NCBI GenBank assembly: GCA_900550865.1
Contig: URTM01000014.1
Coordinates: 1,400-65,399, forward strand
From: an uncultured Dorea sp.
Lineage (GTDB): Bacteria > Bacillota > Clostridia > Lachnospirales > Lachnospiraceae
Direction of reading: 5' to 3'
Length of the DNA stretch: 64,000 nucleotides
The first letter of the stretch is position 1, and each line of letters begins with the position of its first letter. Of this stretch, positions 50,330 to 60,140 are shown piece by piece. The notes under the pieces were generated by a model. The model saw only the letters and a list, made by a program, of their open reading frames with translations, was not told where the DNA came from and made no database searches. Both the position numbers and the translations under genes were made by a program.

Positions 50330-51127
50330 ATGAAAGTTATTGTAATCGGACCAAGGGGAAAAATGGGAAAATTAATCACACAGGTGGCTGCCAGTCGTGA
50401 CGATATGGAACTCGTCGCCGGAATAGCACCAAAAGGACGCGACTATGTAGGAAAGGATCTTGGAACCGTCGCAATGACAGGCTCTGAACTTGGAGTACCT
50501 GTAACAGATGATCTGGAAAGCGTGATCGACTCCTGTGATGTCATCATTGATTTTTCAACAAAAGAAATGGCTATGGAAGTCCTGAATCTTGCCATTGCAC
50601 ATAAGAAAGCACTGGTATGCGGTTCTACCGGATTCTCTGCCGACGAGATGAAACGATTTGAGGATGCTGGAAAGCAGATTCCGATGCTTTATGCCGCCAA
50701 TACTTCCAAACTTGTCAATATTATGAACACGCTTCTGGAACTTGTAACTACAACGTTAAAAGATGAGATCGATATCGAGATTCTGGAAATGCATGATCAT
50801 TGGAAGAAAGATGCTCCAAGTGGTACTTCCAAAGAAATGGGTGAGATCATGGCACATGCTCTTGGCAAAGAACTAAGCGACATCGCGGTCTATGGACGCG
50901 AGGGCGAATCTCCTCGTGAACCTGGAACGATCGGTTATCATTCTCTCCGTGCAGGTAATATTCCAAGCAGCCATACGGTATTCTTCGGAGGCATGGGAGA
51001 ACGACTTGAAATCACACATCATTCCTATAACTGGGAATGCTTTGCAAGAGGCGCCTGCGACTGTGCAGCTTATCTTGATGGAAAAGATCCTGGATTCTAT
51101 TCTATTAAAGATGTACTTGGGCTTTAA
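50330..51127 (+). CDS. dapB: 4-hydroxy-tetrahydrodipicolinate reductase
   Basis: GPRGKMG, IDFS, GSTG, EMHDHWKKDAPSGT (variant of EMHH..K.DAPSGT). Confidence 0.9.
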   Translation: MKVIVIGPRGKMGKLITQVAASRDDMELVAGIAPKGRDYVGKDLGTVAMTGSELGVPVTDDLESVIDSCDVIIDFSTKEMAMEVLNLAIAHKKALVCGSTGFSADEMKRFEDAGKQIPMLYAANTSKLVNIMNTLLELVTTTLKDEIDIEILEMHDHWKKDAPSGTSKEMGEIMAHALGKELSDIAVYGREGESPREPGTIGYHSLRAGNIPSSHTVFFGGMGERLEITHHSYNWECFARGACDCAAYLDGKDPGFYSIKDVLGL

Positions 51128-51144
51128 TACTTTTGTATACACAA

Positions 51145-51172
51145 AGCGGCTTCACCATTCGGTGAAGCCGCT
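51145..51172. terminator. Stem-loop between convergent dapB and trxA
   Basis: AGCGGCTTCACC-ATTC-GGTGAAGCCGCT. Confidence 0.7.
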
Positions 51173-51228
51173 CTATTAATCTCCTTACTGCACACAGCTC
51201 TGCCAATTACAGTTTTCAGATTCAGATA

Positions 51229-51537
51229 TTATCCAACAAGTCCCTCAACTTCTTCTTTAGACATCACACCCATGTCTCTTTTCGCAACTTCTCCGTCCTT
51301 AAATACAAGGAATGTCGGAATGGACATTACACGGTACTGTCTTGCAAGTTCCGGTTCCTGATCTACATCAAGCTTGCATACTTTGATGTCTGTACGCTCT
51401 TCTGCGATCTCTTCCACCAGTGGTCCCATTGTCTGGCATGGTCCGCACCATGTTGCCCAGAAATCAACCAGTACCGGTACTTTTGATTCTAATACTTCTT
51501 CCTTAAAGTTATCTTTTGACAAATGTACAATTGCCAT
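51229..51537 (-). CDS. trxA: Thioredoxin
   Basis: WCGPC. Confidence 0.95.
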   Translation of the reverse strand: MAIVHLSKDNFKEEVLESKVPVLVDFWATWCGPCQTMGPLVEEIAEERTDIKVCKLDVDQEPELARQYRVMSIPTFLVFKDGEVAKRDMGVMSKEEVEGLVG

Positions 51538-51643
51538 ATCTATTTCCTCTCTTTCGTAATGACTGTTATCATGTAACTACATGCTTATTATAACCGATTC
51601 CCCAAAGTTATCCATATATATTCTATAAAATATTCTGAAAAAA

Positions 51644-52555
51644 TTATTCAACAATGATTTTATAGGTTGCTTCAAATTCCGCTCCCGCTTCCAGTGTATT
51701 TTCCCAGTCTCTGTCTTTTAATTCTCCGTCAAATATCTCACTGTCGCAGCGTCCGTACCATGGTTCAATGCATACAAACGGAGCCTGCTTTTTCGGAGGT
51801 GACCAGATGCCTGCTAACGGCGCATCAAATTCTACTGCCAGATATTCCTTCTTCTGTGGATCCATAAGTGTTACTCTCTGAATCTGGTGGTCTTCGATCA
51901 CCAATGCATCTCCATCAAACAGATGTTCATCGATCGAGAGACATCCGTCTGCCAGCTTATATTCCTTCTTCTGCGTTGTAACGACGCCACCTTCTCCGAA
52001 TACGGTATTCACCAGTGCTTCCGGTGCATTTCCCAGTCCGTCACGGAAGCCTAAGTAATATTCCGACTGCTTCTCACCTTCATGAATCGGACAAAAGAAT
52101 GCAGGATGTGCACCAATCGCAAAATGCATCTGTGTATTATTTATGTTCTTAACTTTCCACATTACACTGACCGAAGCATCTTCCAGTCTGTATCCAATCT
52201 CCAGATGAAAGTGAAATGGATATACCTTATACGTCTCTTCTGTATCTTCCAGTGCAAACCATACTTCATCTGCACTCTGGCTTACCAGTGAAAACTCCAT
52301 GTCTCTGGCAAATCCATGCTGGTTCATCGGATATTCTTTCCCCTCATGTCTGTAAACTTTATTCTTTACTCCTCCTACAAATGGGAATAATACCGGTGAT
52401 GTACGTCCCCAGTATTTCGTATCTGCATTCCAGAGGTATTCCTGTCCTGTTGCTTTCTTTTTCAATGACCGGAGTTCCGCTCCGTGATAATTTACGATAA
52501 CTTCGATCTGATCATTTTCCATTTTAATCTGTTCTTGTTCTATATTTTTCTGCAT
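51644..52555 (-). CDS. Aldose 1-epimerase family protein (LacX-like)
   Basis: GAEL, SPVLFPFVG, HGFARD, GAHPAF, FVCIEPW; start uncertain. Confidence 0.9.
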   Translation of the reverse strand: MQKNIEQEQIKMENDQIEVIVNYHGAELRSLKKKATGQEYLWNADTKYWGRTSPVLFPFVGGVKNKVYRHEGKEYPMNQHGFARDMEFSLVSQSADEVWFALEDTEETYKVYPFHFHLEIGYRLEDASVSVMWKVKNINNTQMHFAIGAHPAFFCPIHEGEKQSEYYLGFRDGLGNAPEALVNTVFGEGGVVTTQKKEYKLADGCLSIDEHLFDGDALVIEDHQIQRVTLMDPQKKEYLAVEFDAPLAGIWSPPKKQAPFVCIEPWYGRCDSEIFDGELKDRDWENTLEAGAEFEATYKIIVE

Positions 52556-52629
52556 ATTCTGATTCTCACCTTTCTCCACTTTCATTTTTATTTTTGTTTC
52601 TTATTTTCTATTTCTTATTTCTATCTTTT

Positions 52630-53106
52630 TTATTTCTTTATCTCTTTTCCGTTCAATACAGCCGATACCAGACCGTCATGTCCGTCATAGATCAGCTTCA
52701 GGGAAAAGAACGGCACTTTCTCTACCAGCAGCCGGAGGAATATCTTGTCCCCTTCCCAGATGTTCAGTGATTCAATCTTATCGATATCCACCCATTCCAG
52801 TTCTCCTTCGTCACATGCAATCGGTTCTCCTTCGAATTCATCTGCAGTGAATAAATGCATGTATTCCGTCACACCATTTCCAGATACAAATGTAACGATT
52901 CCGCAGAACCGATAAGAAGTCAATGTATATCCTGTTTCTTCTTTTACTTCCCTTACAATGCATTCTTCCGGGCTTTCATCCGCCTCAAAATGTCCGCCGA
53001 CACCGATCCATTTATCCTTATTCACATCATTCTTCTTCACGGTCCGGTGAAGCATCAGATATTTTCCATCTTTTTCTATATAACATAATGTACTGAGTCC
53101 TGTCAC
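52630..53106 (-). CDS. NUDIX hydrolase, 8-oxo-dGTP diphosphatase (MutX-like)
   Basis: GGHFEADESPEECIVREVKEETG Nudix box; probable GTG start at 53106. Confidence 0.88.
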   Translation of the reverse strand: MTGLSTLCYIEKDGKYLMLHRTVKKNDVNKDKWIGVGGHFEADESPEECIVREVKEETGYTLTSYRFCGIVTFVSGNGVTEYMHLFTADEFEGEPIACDEGELEWVDIDKIESLNIWEGDKIFLRLLVEKVPFFSLKLIYDGHDGLVSAVLNGKEIKK

Positions 53107-53305
53107 ACTTTTCTCCTTTCTCTTACATATCATCCATTTCAGCCTTTCCTCTATACTCTGCCATCTACGTTTTTTTCATCATCATGATTTTGTAAATATG
53201 CAATGCTCCGAATATCTGCCTTTATTTTCTTACATGGATTATGATATGATAGATATCTACAATTATATGTATCATCATTATACGCTATACTACAGGAGAA
53301 TTGCA

Positions 53306-54208
53306 ATGAACCGTACGATAGAATACACAATTACAGAGGAAGACAACGGCCTTCGCATTGAACAGTTTTTAAGACGCAAAGGATATTCCGGACAGAATCT
53401 TGCTGAGATCAAGCGCATGCCCAAAAGTATTCTTGTCAATGGCGTGCATTATTATATGCGCCAGACACTGACCTCCGGAGATATTCTTCAGGTTATCATC
53501 TGCGAGACAAAATGTTCCGAGAAGATCCCGCCTGTTGAGATTCCACTGGATATCATTTATGAAGACGAGGACATTATCGTGATCAACAAGCCTGCCGGCA
53601 TGCCGATCCATCCGTCCATGAATAATTATTATAATTCACTTGCCAATGCACTCGCATGGTATTATCAGGAACATGGAAAACCTTTCATCTTCCGATGCTG
53701 CAACCGTCTGGACCGGGACACTTCCGGACTGACTGTCGTCTCCAAACATCTGGTCAGTGGAAGTATCCTTTCAACGATGACCAAGAACCGTGAAGTGCAC
53801 CGGGAATATCTTGCCGTAGTAAAAGGAAGTGTCACCCCTCCGGCCGGAACAATCTGTGCTCCGCTTGCCAGAAAAGAAGGCACCATCATCGAACGCACGG
53901 TTGATTTTGAACACGGTGAGGAAGCCATCACTCATTACCAGCTTGTAAAAGAAGCCAACGGACACAGCCTGGTCTCTCTGAAGCTTGAAACCGGCCGGAC
54001 ACATCAGATCCGTATCCACATGAAATATCTTGGTTTCCCGCTGATCGGGGATTACCTGTATAATCCGGATATGGAACACATGACCAGACAGGCACTGCAC
54101 TCTCATCATATGGAATTCGCACATCCGATCACAGGAGAATGGATGTCATTTACGGCACCACTGCCTGCCGATATGGCAAACGTATTAGAGAATACTTCTG
54201 ACACATAG
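53306..54208 (+). CDS. RluA/RluD-family pseudouridine synthase
   Basis: NKPAG, NRLDRDTSG, GRTHQIR, GD.LY, QALH. Confidence 0.93.
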   Translation: MNRTIEYTITEEDNGLRIEQFLRRKGYSGQNLAEIKRMPKSILVNGVHYYMRQTLTSGDILQVIICETKCSEKIPPVEIPLDIIYEDEDIIVINKPAGMPIHPSMNNYYNSLANALAWYYQEHGKPFIFRCCNRLDRDTSGLTVVSKHLVSGSILSTMTKNREVHREYLAVVKGSVTPPAGTICAPLARKEGTIIERTVDFEHGEEAITHYQLVKEANGHSLVSLKLETGRTHQIRIHMKYLGFPLIGDYLYNPDMEHMTRQALHSHHMEFAHPITGEWMSFTAPLPADMANVLENTSDT

Positions 54209-54297
54209 TCTCTTTCATACACATGGCAATAACCAAAAGAGCAATATACTATACCATACTGACATTTTCATGGTATAGCATACTGCTCTTTTATCAT

Positions 54298-55683
54298 TTA
54301 TTTTTTCGATTCTTCATATATCTTCAATTCATCCAGTGCCTGTCCTCCCATCAGATACAATGCACCGATATTGAAGATTGTCATCAGTCCGATTCCGACA
54401 TCTCCCAGGTCCCATACAAATGTATATGTTGCAATTCCACCAATGAACAGCATCACCAGCGCAAGCACTTTATACGCCGTCTGCCAGCACCATTTATCCC
54501 CGAACAGATATGCCACATTGCACCTTGCATAGAACAGGATTCCCAGAAATGTAGAAAAACTGAACAGGAATAAGGTTACTGCAATGAAAATCACGCCAAA
54601 TTCTCCCAGATGATACTTCATCGCCGTCTGTAAAAGGTCCATTCCTTCTTTTCCTGCCACCAGTTTTTCCGGTGCAAGCAGCATGATCATGGCCGTGCAG
54701 CTACAGATCACGATCGTATCTACAAATACTCCAAGAGCCTGCGTAAGTCCGGCTTTTACCGGTCTGTCACATTCTGCTGCCGCTGCCGCACATGGTGCAG
54801 AACCAGAACCGGCTTCATTCGAGAACAGACCACGCTTTACTCCATTCATCAGCACTGCTCCGAATCCTCCGGCAGCTGCCTGACGGATTCCGAATGCCTC
54901 CTGGAAAATCCTTACAAATACTCCCGGAAGACTTCCGATATTCGTTACGATAATAAAGATTGTTATGCAGAAATAACATACAGCCATAAACGGAACCATC
55001 ATATCCAATACCTTCACTGTCGCATTCTTTCGAAGTACAATGATTGCCGCCAGGATTACAAGTACAATCGTTGTATAAAGCGGTGGAACAGAAAACGCAT
55101 TTTCAAAAGAAGCCGCTACCGAATTGCTGATTACCTGACTGATTCCACACCAGCAAATCAGACCGGAGATTGCAAATAACACCGATACCAGTACATGTTT
55201 TTTCTTTTTCCTTGTCCTGCCTTCTACATAATCATGGATATAATATGCCGGTCCTCCGCGAAATCCTCCATACAGTGGATCTTTTTCCTTATGGATCTGT
55301 GCAAGCGTTGCCTCTACAAATGCCGTCGAAGAACCGATCAGTGCCGTCACCCACATCCAGAATATGGCTCCCGCACCTCCAGCTGATACCGCCGCAACTA
55401 CACCGACCAGATTGCCCATGCCGACACGGGTTGCCGTCGATACGATCAGCGTCTGGAACGTAGACAGACTGTTCTTGTCATCCTTTTTCCCTGTCAGTGC
55501 CGCTACCATATCCGGGAACAACCGGATAGGAAGCATCCTTGTTCGAACCGTAAAGTAGATTCCCGCCGGAATCAGCAGTATGATCAGCAGTGAAATACCG
55601 ACACTTCCACTTCCCGGAAGCGGGATCTGAAATAAATCTCCCCACAAAAAACTATATACTCGTTCTATCAAATTCGCTATCAT
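54298..55683 (-). CDS. Alanine/glycine:cation symporter family protein (second paralog)
   Basis: TRVGMGNLVG, GAIFWMW, GGPAYY, RGLFSNEAGSGS. Confidence 0.9.
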   Translation of the reverse strand: MIANLIERVYSFLWGDLFQIPLPGSGSVGISLLIILLIPAGIYFTVRTRMLPIRLFPDMVAALTGKKDDKNSLSTFQTLIVSTATRVGMGNLVGVVAAVSAGGAGAIFWMWVTALIGSSTAFVEATLAQIHKEKDPLYGGFRGGPAYYIHDYVEGRTRKKKKHVLVSVLFAISGLICWCGISQVISNSVAASFENAFSVPPLYTTIVLVILAAIIVLRKNATVKVLDMMVPFMAVCYFCITIFIIVTNIGSLPGVFVRIFQEAFGIRQAAAGGFGAVLMNGVKRGLFSNEAGSGSAPCAAAAAECDRPVKAGLTQALGVFVDTIVICSCTAMIMLLAPEKLVAGKEGMDLLQTAMKYHLGEFGVIFIAVTLFLFSFSTFLGILFYARCNVAYLFGDKWCWQTAYKVLALVMLFIGGIATYTFVWDLGDVGIGLMTIFNIGALYLMGGQALDELKIYEESKK

Positions 55684-55781
55684 AGTATGAATGTCCTTTC
55701 AAAATCTCAGGACTTTAAAGCACTACACTTTAAAGTCCTGAACTATATCATACTATATTCTGTTATACATTGCAATCCTCT

Positions 55782-56780
55782 CTAATCAATCAGATCATTC
55801 TGGAATCTGGATAAGTGTTCGTAAGGCAGGATCAGACGTCCGCGGTAAAGTCCGCATCCGTCATTGATCAGACTGTTATTCACCGCCGAAAACATATTGA
55901 CATCCAGATCTGCCAAATCCAGATTCAGCAGCTTTATTCCCCGTTCATAGGCCTCATCAAAATACAGGCATTCACCCTCCGGAATTGCATCTCTTCTTGC
56001 CCGCTCATGCTCCTGTTCTTTCTCATAACCAACATGATTAGCCGTACCGATCTCTGCTATATCATCCATCATTTTTGTCCGAAGCTGTACCTCCATATAA
56101 CATCTGGAGCTGTTATCATAAAATGTAATATGCAAAGACTGATAATTATTCGAACTGTGACTGCAGATATAATCGCGGTAATATGGTTTCACTGATTCAT
56201 TCAGAAGCGGTGATGTACTCTCCTTGATTCCCATGGCAGGTTCCGCACTGAATCCCTGCTCTTCCAGGAATCCCGGAAGGACATTCGCGATCTGATACAG
56301 ATACTTCCGTTCCTGTTCTTCTCTGTCCTCTTCACTGTTCAGGTGACATCTTGGAACAGAAATGATAATTCTATAAGCAATTAAATCTCTAAAGCAACTC
56401 AATCGTTTCTTAAGTTCTGCTATACTCGGATATTTTCCATGTTCTTCATAATAATCATAGATGAATTCCACAACATATCCATTAAATTTTTCCTCCGCAC
56501 GTATCAGCGATTTGATCCTTCCCTTGAATGTAAATGCCATAAATGGATATTCTTTCGCCATATATTTATAAAATTCTCTCATTTTCTGAGACTGCGCCGT
56601 CAGGAAATCATTATGTTCCAGTAATTCCTGAACCTGAAGAAGAAAATTACAGTGGATCATATCAATCTCATTTCCTGTTCTTTTCGCATCTTTTCTCAGA
56701 TCCTTAATATAATTGTGAAGAATCCGGAGTACGGTATCTCCGGAATACAGATAGTCATTTAATAATACCATCTCTGTCAC
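55782..56780 (-). CDS. RelA/SpoT synthetase-domain protein (small alarmone synthetase-like)
   Basis: GTG start; GRIKS, RDLIAYRII, YQSLH, EVQLRT, H.GY; no HD, TGS or ACT domains visible. Confidence 0.8.
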   Translation of the reverse strand: MTEMVLLNDYLYSGDTVLRILHNYIKDLRKDAKRTGNEIDMIHCNFLLQVQELLEHNDFLTAQSQKMREFYKYMAKEYPFMAFTFKGRIKSLIRAEEKFNGYVVEFIYDYYEEHGKYPSIAELKKRLSCFRDLIAYRIIISVPRCHLNSEEDREEQERKYLYQIANVLPGFLEEQGFSAEPAMGIKESTSPLLNESVKPYYRDYICSHSSNNYQSLHITFYDNSSRCYMEVQLRTKMMDDIAEIGTANHVGYEKEQEHERARRDAIPEGECLYFDEAYERGIKLLNLDLADLDVNMFSAVNNSLINDGCGLYRGRLILPYEHLSRFQNDLID

Positions 56781-56796
56781 CTTCCTCTTTTGTTTC

Positions 56797-59700
56797 TTAT
56801 TTTTTCCTGTACTTCTGTAGTACGCGTACTAGTTTGCCAGAGTCTACCGGTTTTGATATATAATCATTCATTCCTGCATTCCTGCAGTCTTTTTCACTTT
56901 CTCTTGATGACTGTGCAGTCATTGCAATAACAGGAATCTCTTTTGCATCTGCTTTTTCTGATTTTCTGATTTCCTTTACTGCCTCCAGACCATCCATCAC
57001 CGGCATCATAATATCCATCAGCACAATATCATAATATCCACATTCCGACTGTCCGAACTTTTCCAGTGCTTCCTTTCCATTCCATGCTTTTTCTACTTCA
57101 GCACCGGCATCTGTCAGATAAAATTCTGCAATCTCCATATTTATATCATTATCTTCTGTCAGAAGAACTCTCATTCCCGTCAGATCATCCTGTTCTCCAT
57201 TCCCGTCCGTTTTCTTCTTACCGTTTTCTTCCTGCGCCAGTGCAAATCTAAGACGGAACGTGATCTCAGTGCCTTCTCCCGGAGTACTCTCTACCTGGAT
57301 TTCTCCGTTCATCCTTTCGATCAAGCCTTTTACGATCGACATTCCAAGTCCGGTGCCTTTATACTTTGTTCTTGCATCTGCTTTTTCCTGTGTAAACGGC
57401 TGAAATAATTCATTTTCTATAAATTCTTTACTCATACCAATTCCGGTATCCACGATTTTAAATTCATAGACAACAATTTTCCCGTCACAGGATATCTCAC
57501 TTGCATATGTATCAATTGTGCCATTCTTTTTGTTATATTTCACCGCATTGCTGAACAGGTTCATCATTATCCTCTGAAGCTGCAGCGTATCTCCTTTTAA
57601 CATTGTATGCTGGATATTCGCTCTGTGCTTCCGGTGCGTAATTCCGGTCTCTTCCAACTGTCCCTGCATCAATACTGCAACTTCTTTCATAAGCTCTGCA
57701 ATATCAAATACTTCTTCGTGAACTTTCATATGACCAGATTCAATCTTACTCATATCCAGCACGTCATTGACCAGGTCGATCAGATGTCTTGTCGATATCT
57801 CAATTTTATCTACGTAATCTTTCAGTTTCTCCTGTTCGTTCCAGTTTTTCCGGATCATCTGTATCATTCCAAGAATCCCATTGATCGGGGTACGCAGATC
57901 ATGACTCATCCGGTTCAGGAATTCTGTCTTGGCTTTGCTGGCCAGATCAGCCTTTTCATAAGCAATCTGTAATTCCTCTTTTTCTTTCTGATCCTTTTCA
58001 TGAAATTCCGAAGTATTGCGGAACATAATAATTCCGCGGACTACCGTCTGTTCCCGCTCCTTTTCATTATCATAGATCATATCCTGAGACATCAGAACTG
58101 TCTTCTGTATCCATATCTCTTTTCCATTCTTGTTTCTTTCCTGATATTCTACCGTAACCTGTTTCTCACCGGCATAAAACCTGTCCAGAAGGCTTCCGGA
58201 CGTATCTACAATCCTGTACGTTTCCTGTGTATCTTCTGTAATATACTTCCGTCTCTCCCTGCAGTATGCATCATACGAACATGGAAGATCCGTCTTCAGA
58301 TCGAATGTCCTGTCTTCTTTCTTCTTATAATAAAATGTCCGTTCCAGGCAATCCTCTGTCAGATTCACAGTATGCAAAGCTTCTGCCGTCTCCAGAAGCG
58401 CTTCTACATAATTACTGTTTTCCAGAATAGACTGTTTCATCTGTTCATAATATTGCTCTAATTGTATTTTCTCATCTTCCAGCATCTGCTTCATATCATG
58501 AAATACTTCAAAGCCCACAATGAAATGATGCATCTCTCCGGTTGCCGTACTGTCCAGACGAAGGAATGTCATACGGCCTCTCAGAACATCTTCACCTCTC
58601 CGGCAGCAATATGGCAGTTCATATTTTGCTATTTTTTCTTCCATTTTCGAAAGTTTTGAGATGATCTTCGGAAGCTGCAGCTGTTCCCACATCTTTCTTC
58701 TGGACGAATCATCTGCCAGTTCCTGTACGATCTGTTCTACCGCGCCCGAATAACTTCCGTCATCCGCAAGAAAGAAATTAGAACTCGCCCTCAGGATCGA
58801 ATACTGATCCTGCATGGCGTCACAATACAGGCAGTCCGAAAAATGATATCCCTGTTGTTTGATTCCATCCAGGATCTGTATATGAAGTGCCCGGCGGTCT
58901 GCTGCTTCTTTCATCTTCGCCTGATTCTTATCTACATACATATTCTTATCCGCATACCGGAAAAGATCCCGCATCGTACATCCTTCGAAATCTGATGATA
59001 ATGCGTATCCCACCGCATAACTGATCGGCATCTCCGGATGCTCTCTGGAATATTCCGCAATCTCCGAACGGATTTTTTCTAATATATTCCGCACCTGCTC
59101 ATGATTTACGTCTTCAAGTACAGCGATGAACTCGTCTCCTCCGTCTCGTCCTGCAAAATATTCTTCCGGCAGGGCTTTTCTTAGCTGAACAGCAAATGAC
59201 CGGATGTATTCATCTCCTTTTTCATGTCCGAGCCTGTTATTGATGATACGGAGATTATTCAGGTCAAATACGCACAAAGCCGTTGCTCCGTTCTCACCAT
59301 CCGTCAGTTCTTCATCCAGGATTTCCTTACACCGGTTCTTGTTCGGAAGACCTGTTGCCTCATCCAGATACACTTTTTTCTTAAGCGCTTTATTCTGAGC
59401 TGCATACTTTACTGCTTTGACCAGTTCATATCCAAGCAGGCATATCAGACCAATAATGTCTGCAATAACAATCTTCTCCAGCCGGTCCAGTGCAGTCGCA
59501 TTCTTCTGCGAGTACTCTTCCGCAAGTCCTGTCGCCTCATCACAGATGCCGAAGAACTCGTCACTTTTTGCAATAATATCTGTATTCTCATATCCATTTT
59601 CCCGGACCAGAAGAATCTCTTTTTTCAGCTCCTGAAAGTATTTATCCAGTTTTTCCATCTTATTCTGAAAAGCCTTATCATCCAACCGGACCAGATTCAG

Positions 59701-59979
59701 CTTATCACTTCCATAACGAAGTCCTTCTATGATAGACGATACCGATTCGATCATCTCATCCTGTGGTTCTTTTGCATTCTCCAGTTTGATGATGCGCTGC
59801 GTTTTTCCACGCACCAGTCCTGCATAGTTCACGACCCGGGCCGTTCCCTGAATCCTGCTCACCAGAACCATGATCGTCAGAAACAGCGCGATCAGTATGA
59901 CCGTCAGGAGCATCATCAGTCCTCTTGTAATTTTTGAAATCTTTTTGTCTTTACTGCTCATAATCCTTTCTCCAGACAT
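56797..59979 (-). CDS. Membrane sensor: GGDEF domain + hybrid histidine kinase + receiver
   Basis: Two TM helices; DEATGLPN, GHEKGD, GGDEF; MSHDLRTP; NAVKY, DTGIG, GTGLG; receiver ED/D/T/KP. Confidence 0.9.
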   Translation of the reverse strand: MSGERIMSSKDKKISKITRGLMMLLTVILIALFLTIMVLVSRIQGTARVVNYAGLVRGKTQRIIKLENAKEPQDEMIESVSSIIEGLRYGSDKLNLVRLDDKAFQNKMEKLDKYFQELKKEILLVRENGYENTDIIAKSDEFFGICDEATGLAEEYSQKNATALDRLEKIVIADIIGLICLLGYELVKAVKYAAQNKALKKKVYLDEATGLPNKNRCKEILDEELTDGENGATALCVFDLNNLRIINNRLGHEKGDEYIRSFAVQLRKALPEEYFAGRDGGDEFIAVLEDVNHEQVRNILEKIRSEIAEYSREHPEMPISYAVGYALSSDFEGCTMRDLFRYADKNMYVDKNQAKMKEAADRRALHIQILDGIKQQGYHFSDCLYCDAMQDQYSILRASSNFFLADDGSYSGAVEQIVQELADDSSRRKMWEQLQLPKIISKLSKMEEKIAKYELPYCCRRGEDVLRGRMTFLRLDSTATGEMHHFIVGFEVFHDMKQMLEDEKIQLEQYYEQMKQSILENSNYVEALLETAEALHTVNLTEDCLERTFYYKKKEDRTFDLKTDLPCSYDAYCRERRKYITEDTQETYRIVDTSGSLLDRFYAGEKQVTVEYQERNKNGKEIWIQKTVLMSQDMIYDNEKEREQTVVRGIIMFRNTSEFHEKDQKEKEELQIAYEKADLASKAKTEFLNRMSHDLRTPINGILGMIQMIRKNWNEQEKLKDYVDKIEISTRHLIDLVNDVLDMSKIESGHMKVHEEVFDIAELMKEVAVLMQGQLEETGITHRKHRANIQHTMLKGDTLQLQRIMMNLFSNAVKYNKKNGTIDTYASEISCDGKIVVYEFKIVDTGIGMSKEFIENELFQPFTQEKADARTKYKGTGLGMSIVKGLIERMNGEIQVESTPGEGTEITFRLRFALAQEENGKKKTDGNGEQDDLTGMRVLLTEDNDINMEIAEFYLTDAGAEVEKAWNGKEALEKFGQSECGYYDIVLMDIMMPVMDGLEAVKEIRKSEKADAKEIPVIAMTAQSSRESEKDCRNAGMNDYISKPVDSGKLVRVLQKYRKK

Positions 59980-60086
59980 ATGTTTCCCCTTTATACCTGC
60001 TCTTTTCCAGAATCATATTGTCTTTTATTTTATCAAATTCTCTCCTTGTTTTCCATTATGTTTCTATTATTATTTGGTGATTTACA

Positions 60087-60136
60087 AAAAAATCCGGGAG
60101 ACACTGATAAGTTTCATTCAGTATCTCCCGGATATT
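60087..60136 (-). terminator. Terminator after the MATE gene
   Basis: ATCCGGGAGA...TCTCCCGGAT with a T run on the minus strand. Confidence 0.7.
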
Positions 60137-60140
60137 GTCT

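Noticed and set aside
52586..52645. Low-complexity (A)GAAATA repeats after the NUDIX gene
   Set aside because: Simple AT-rich slippage tract with no evident function.
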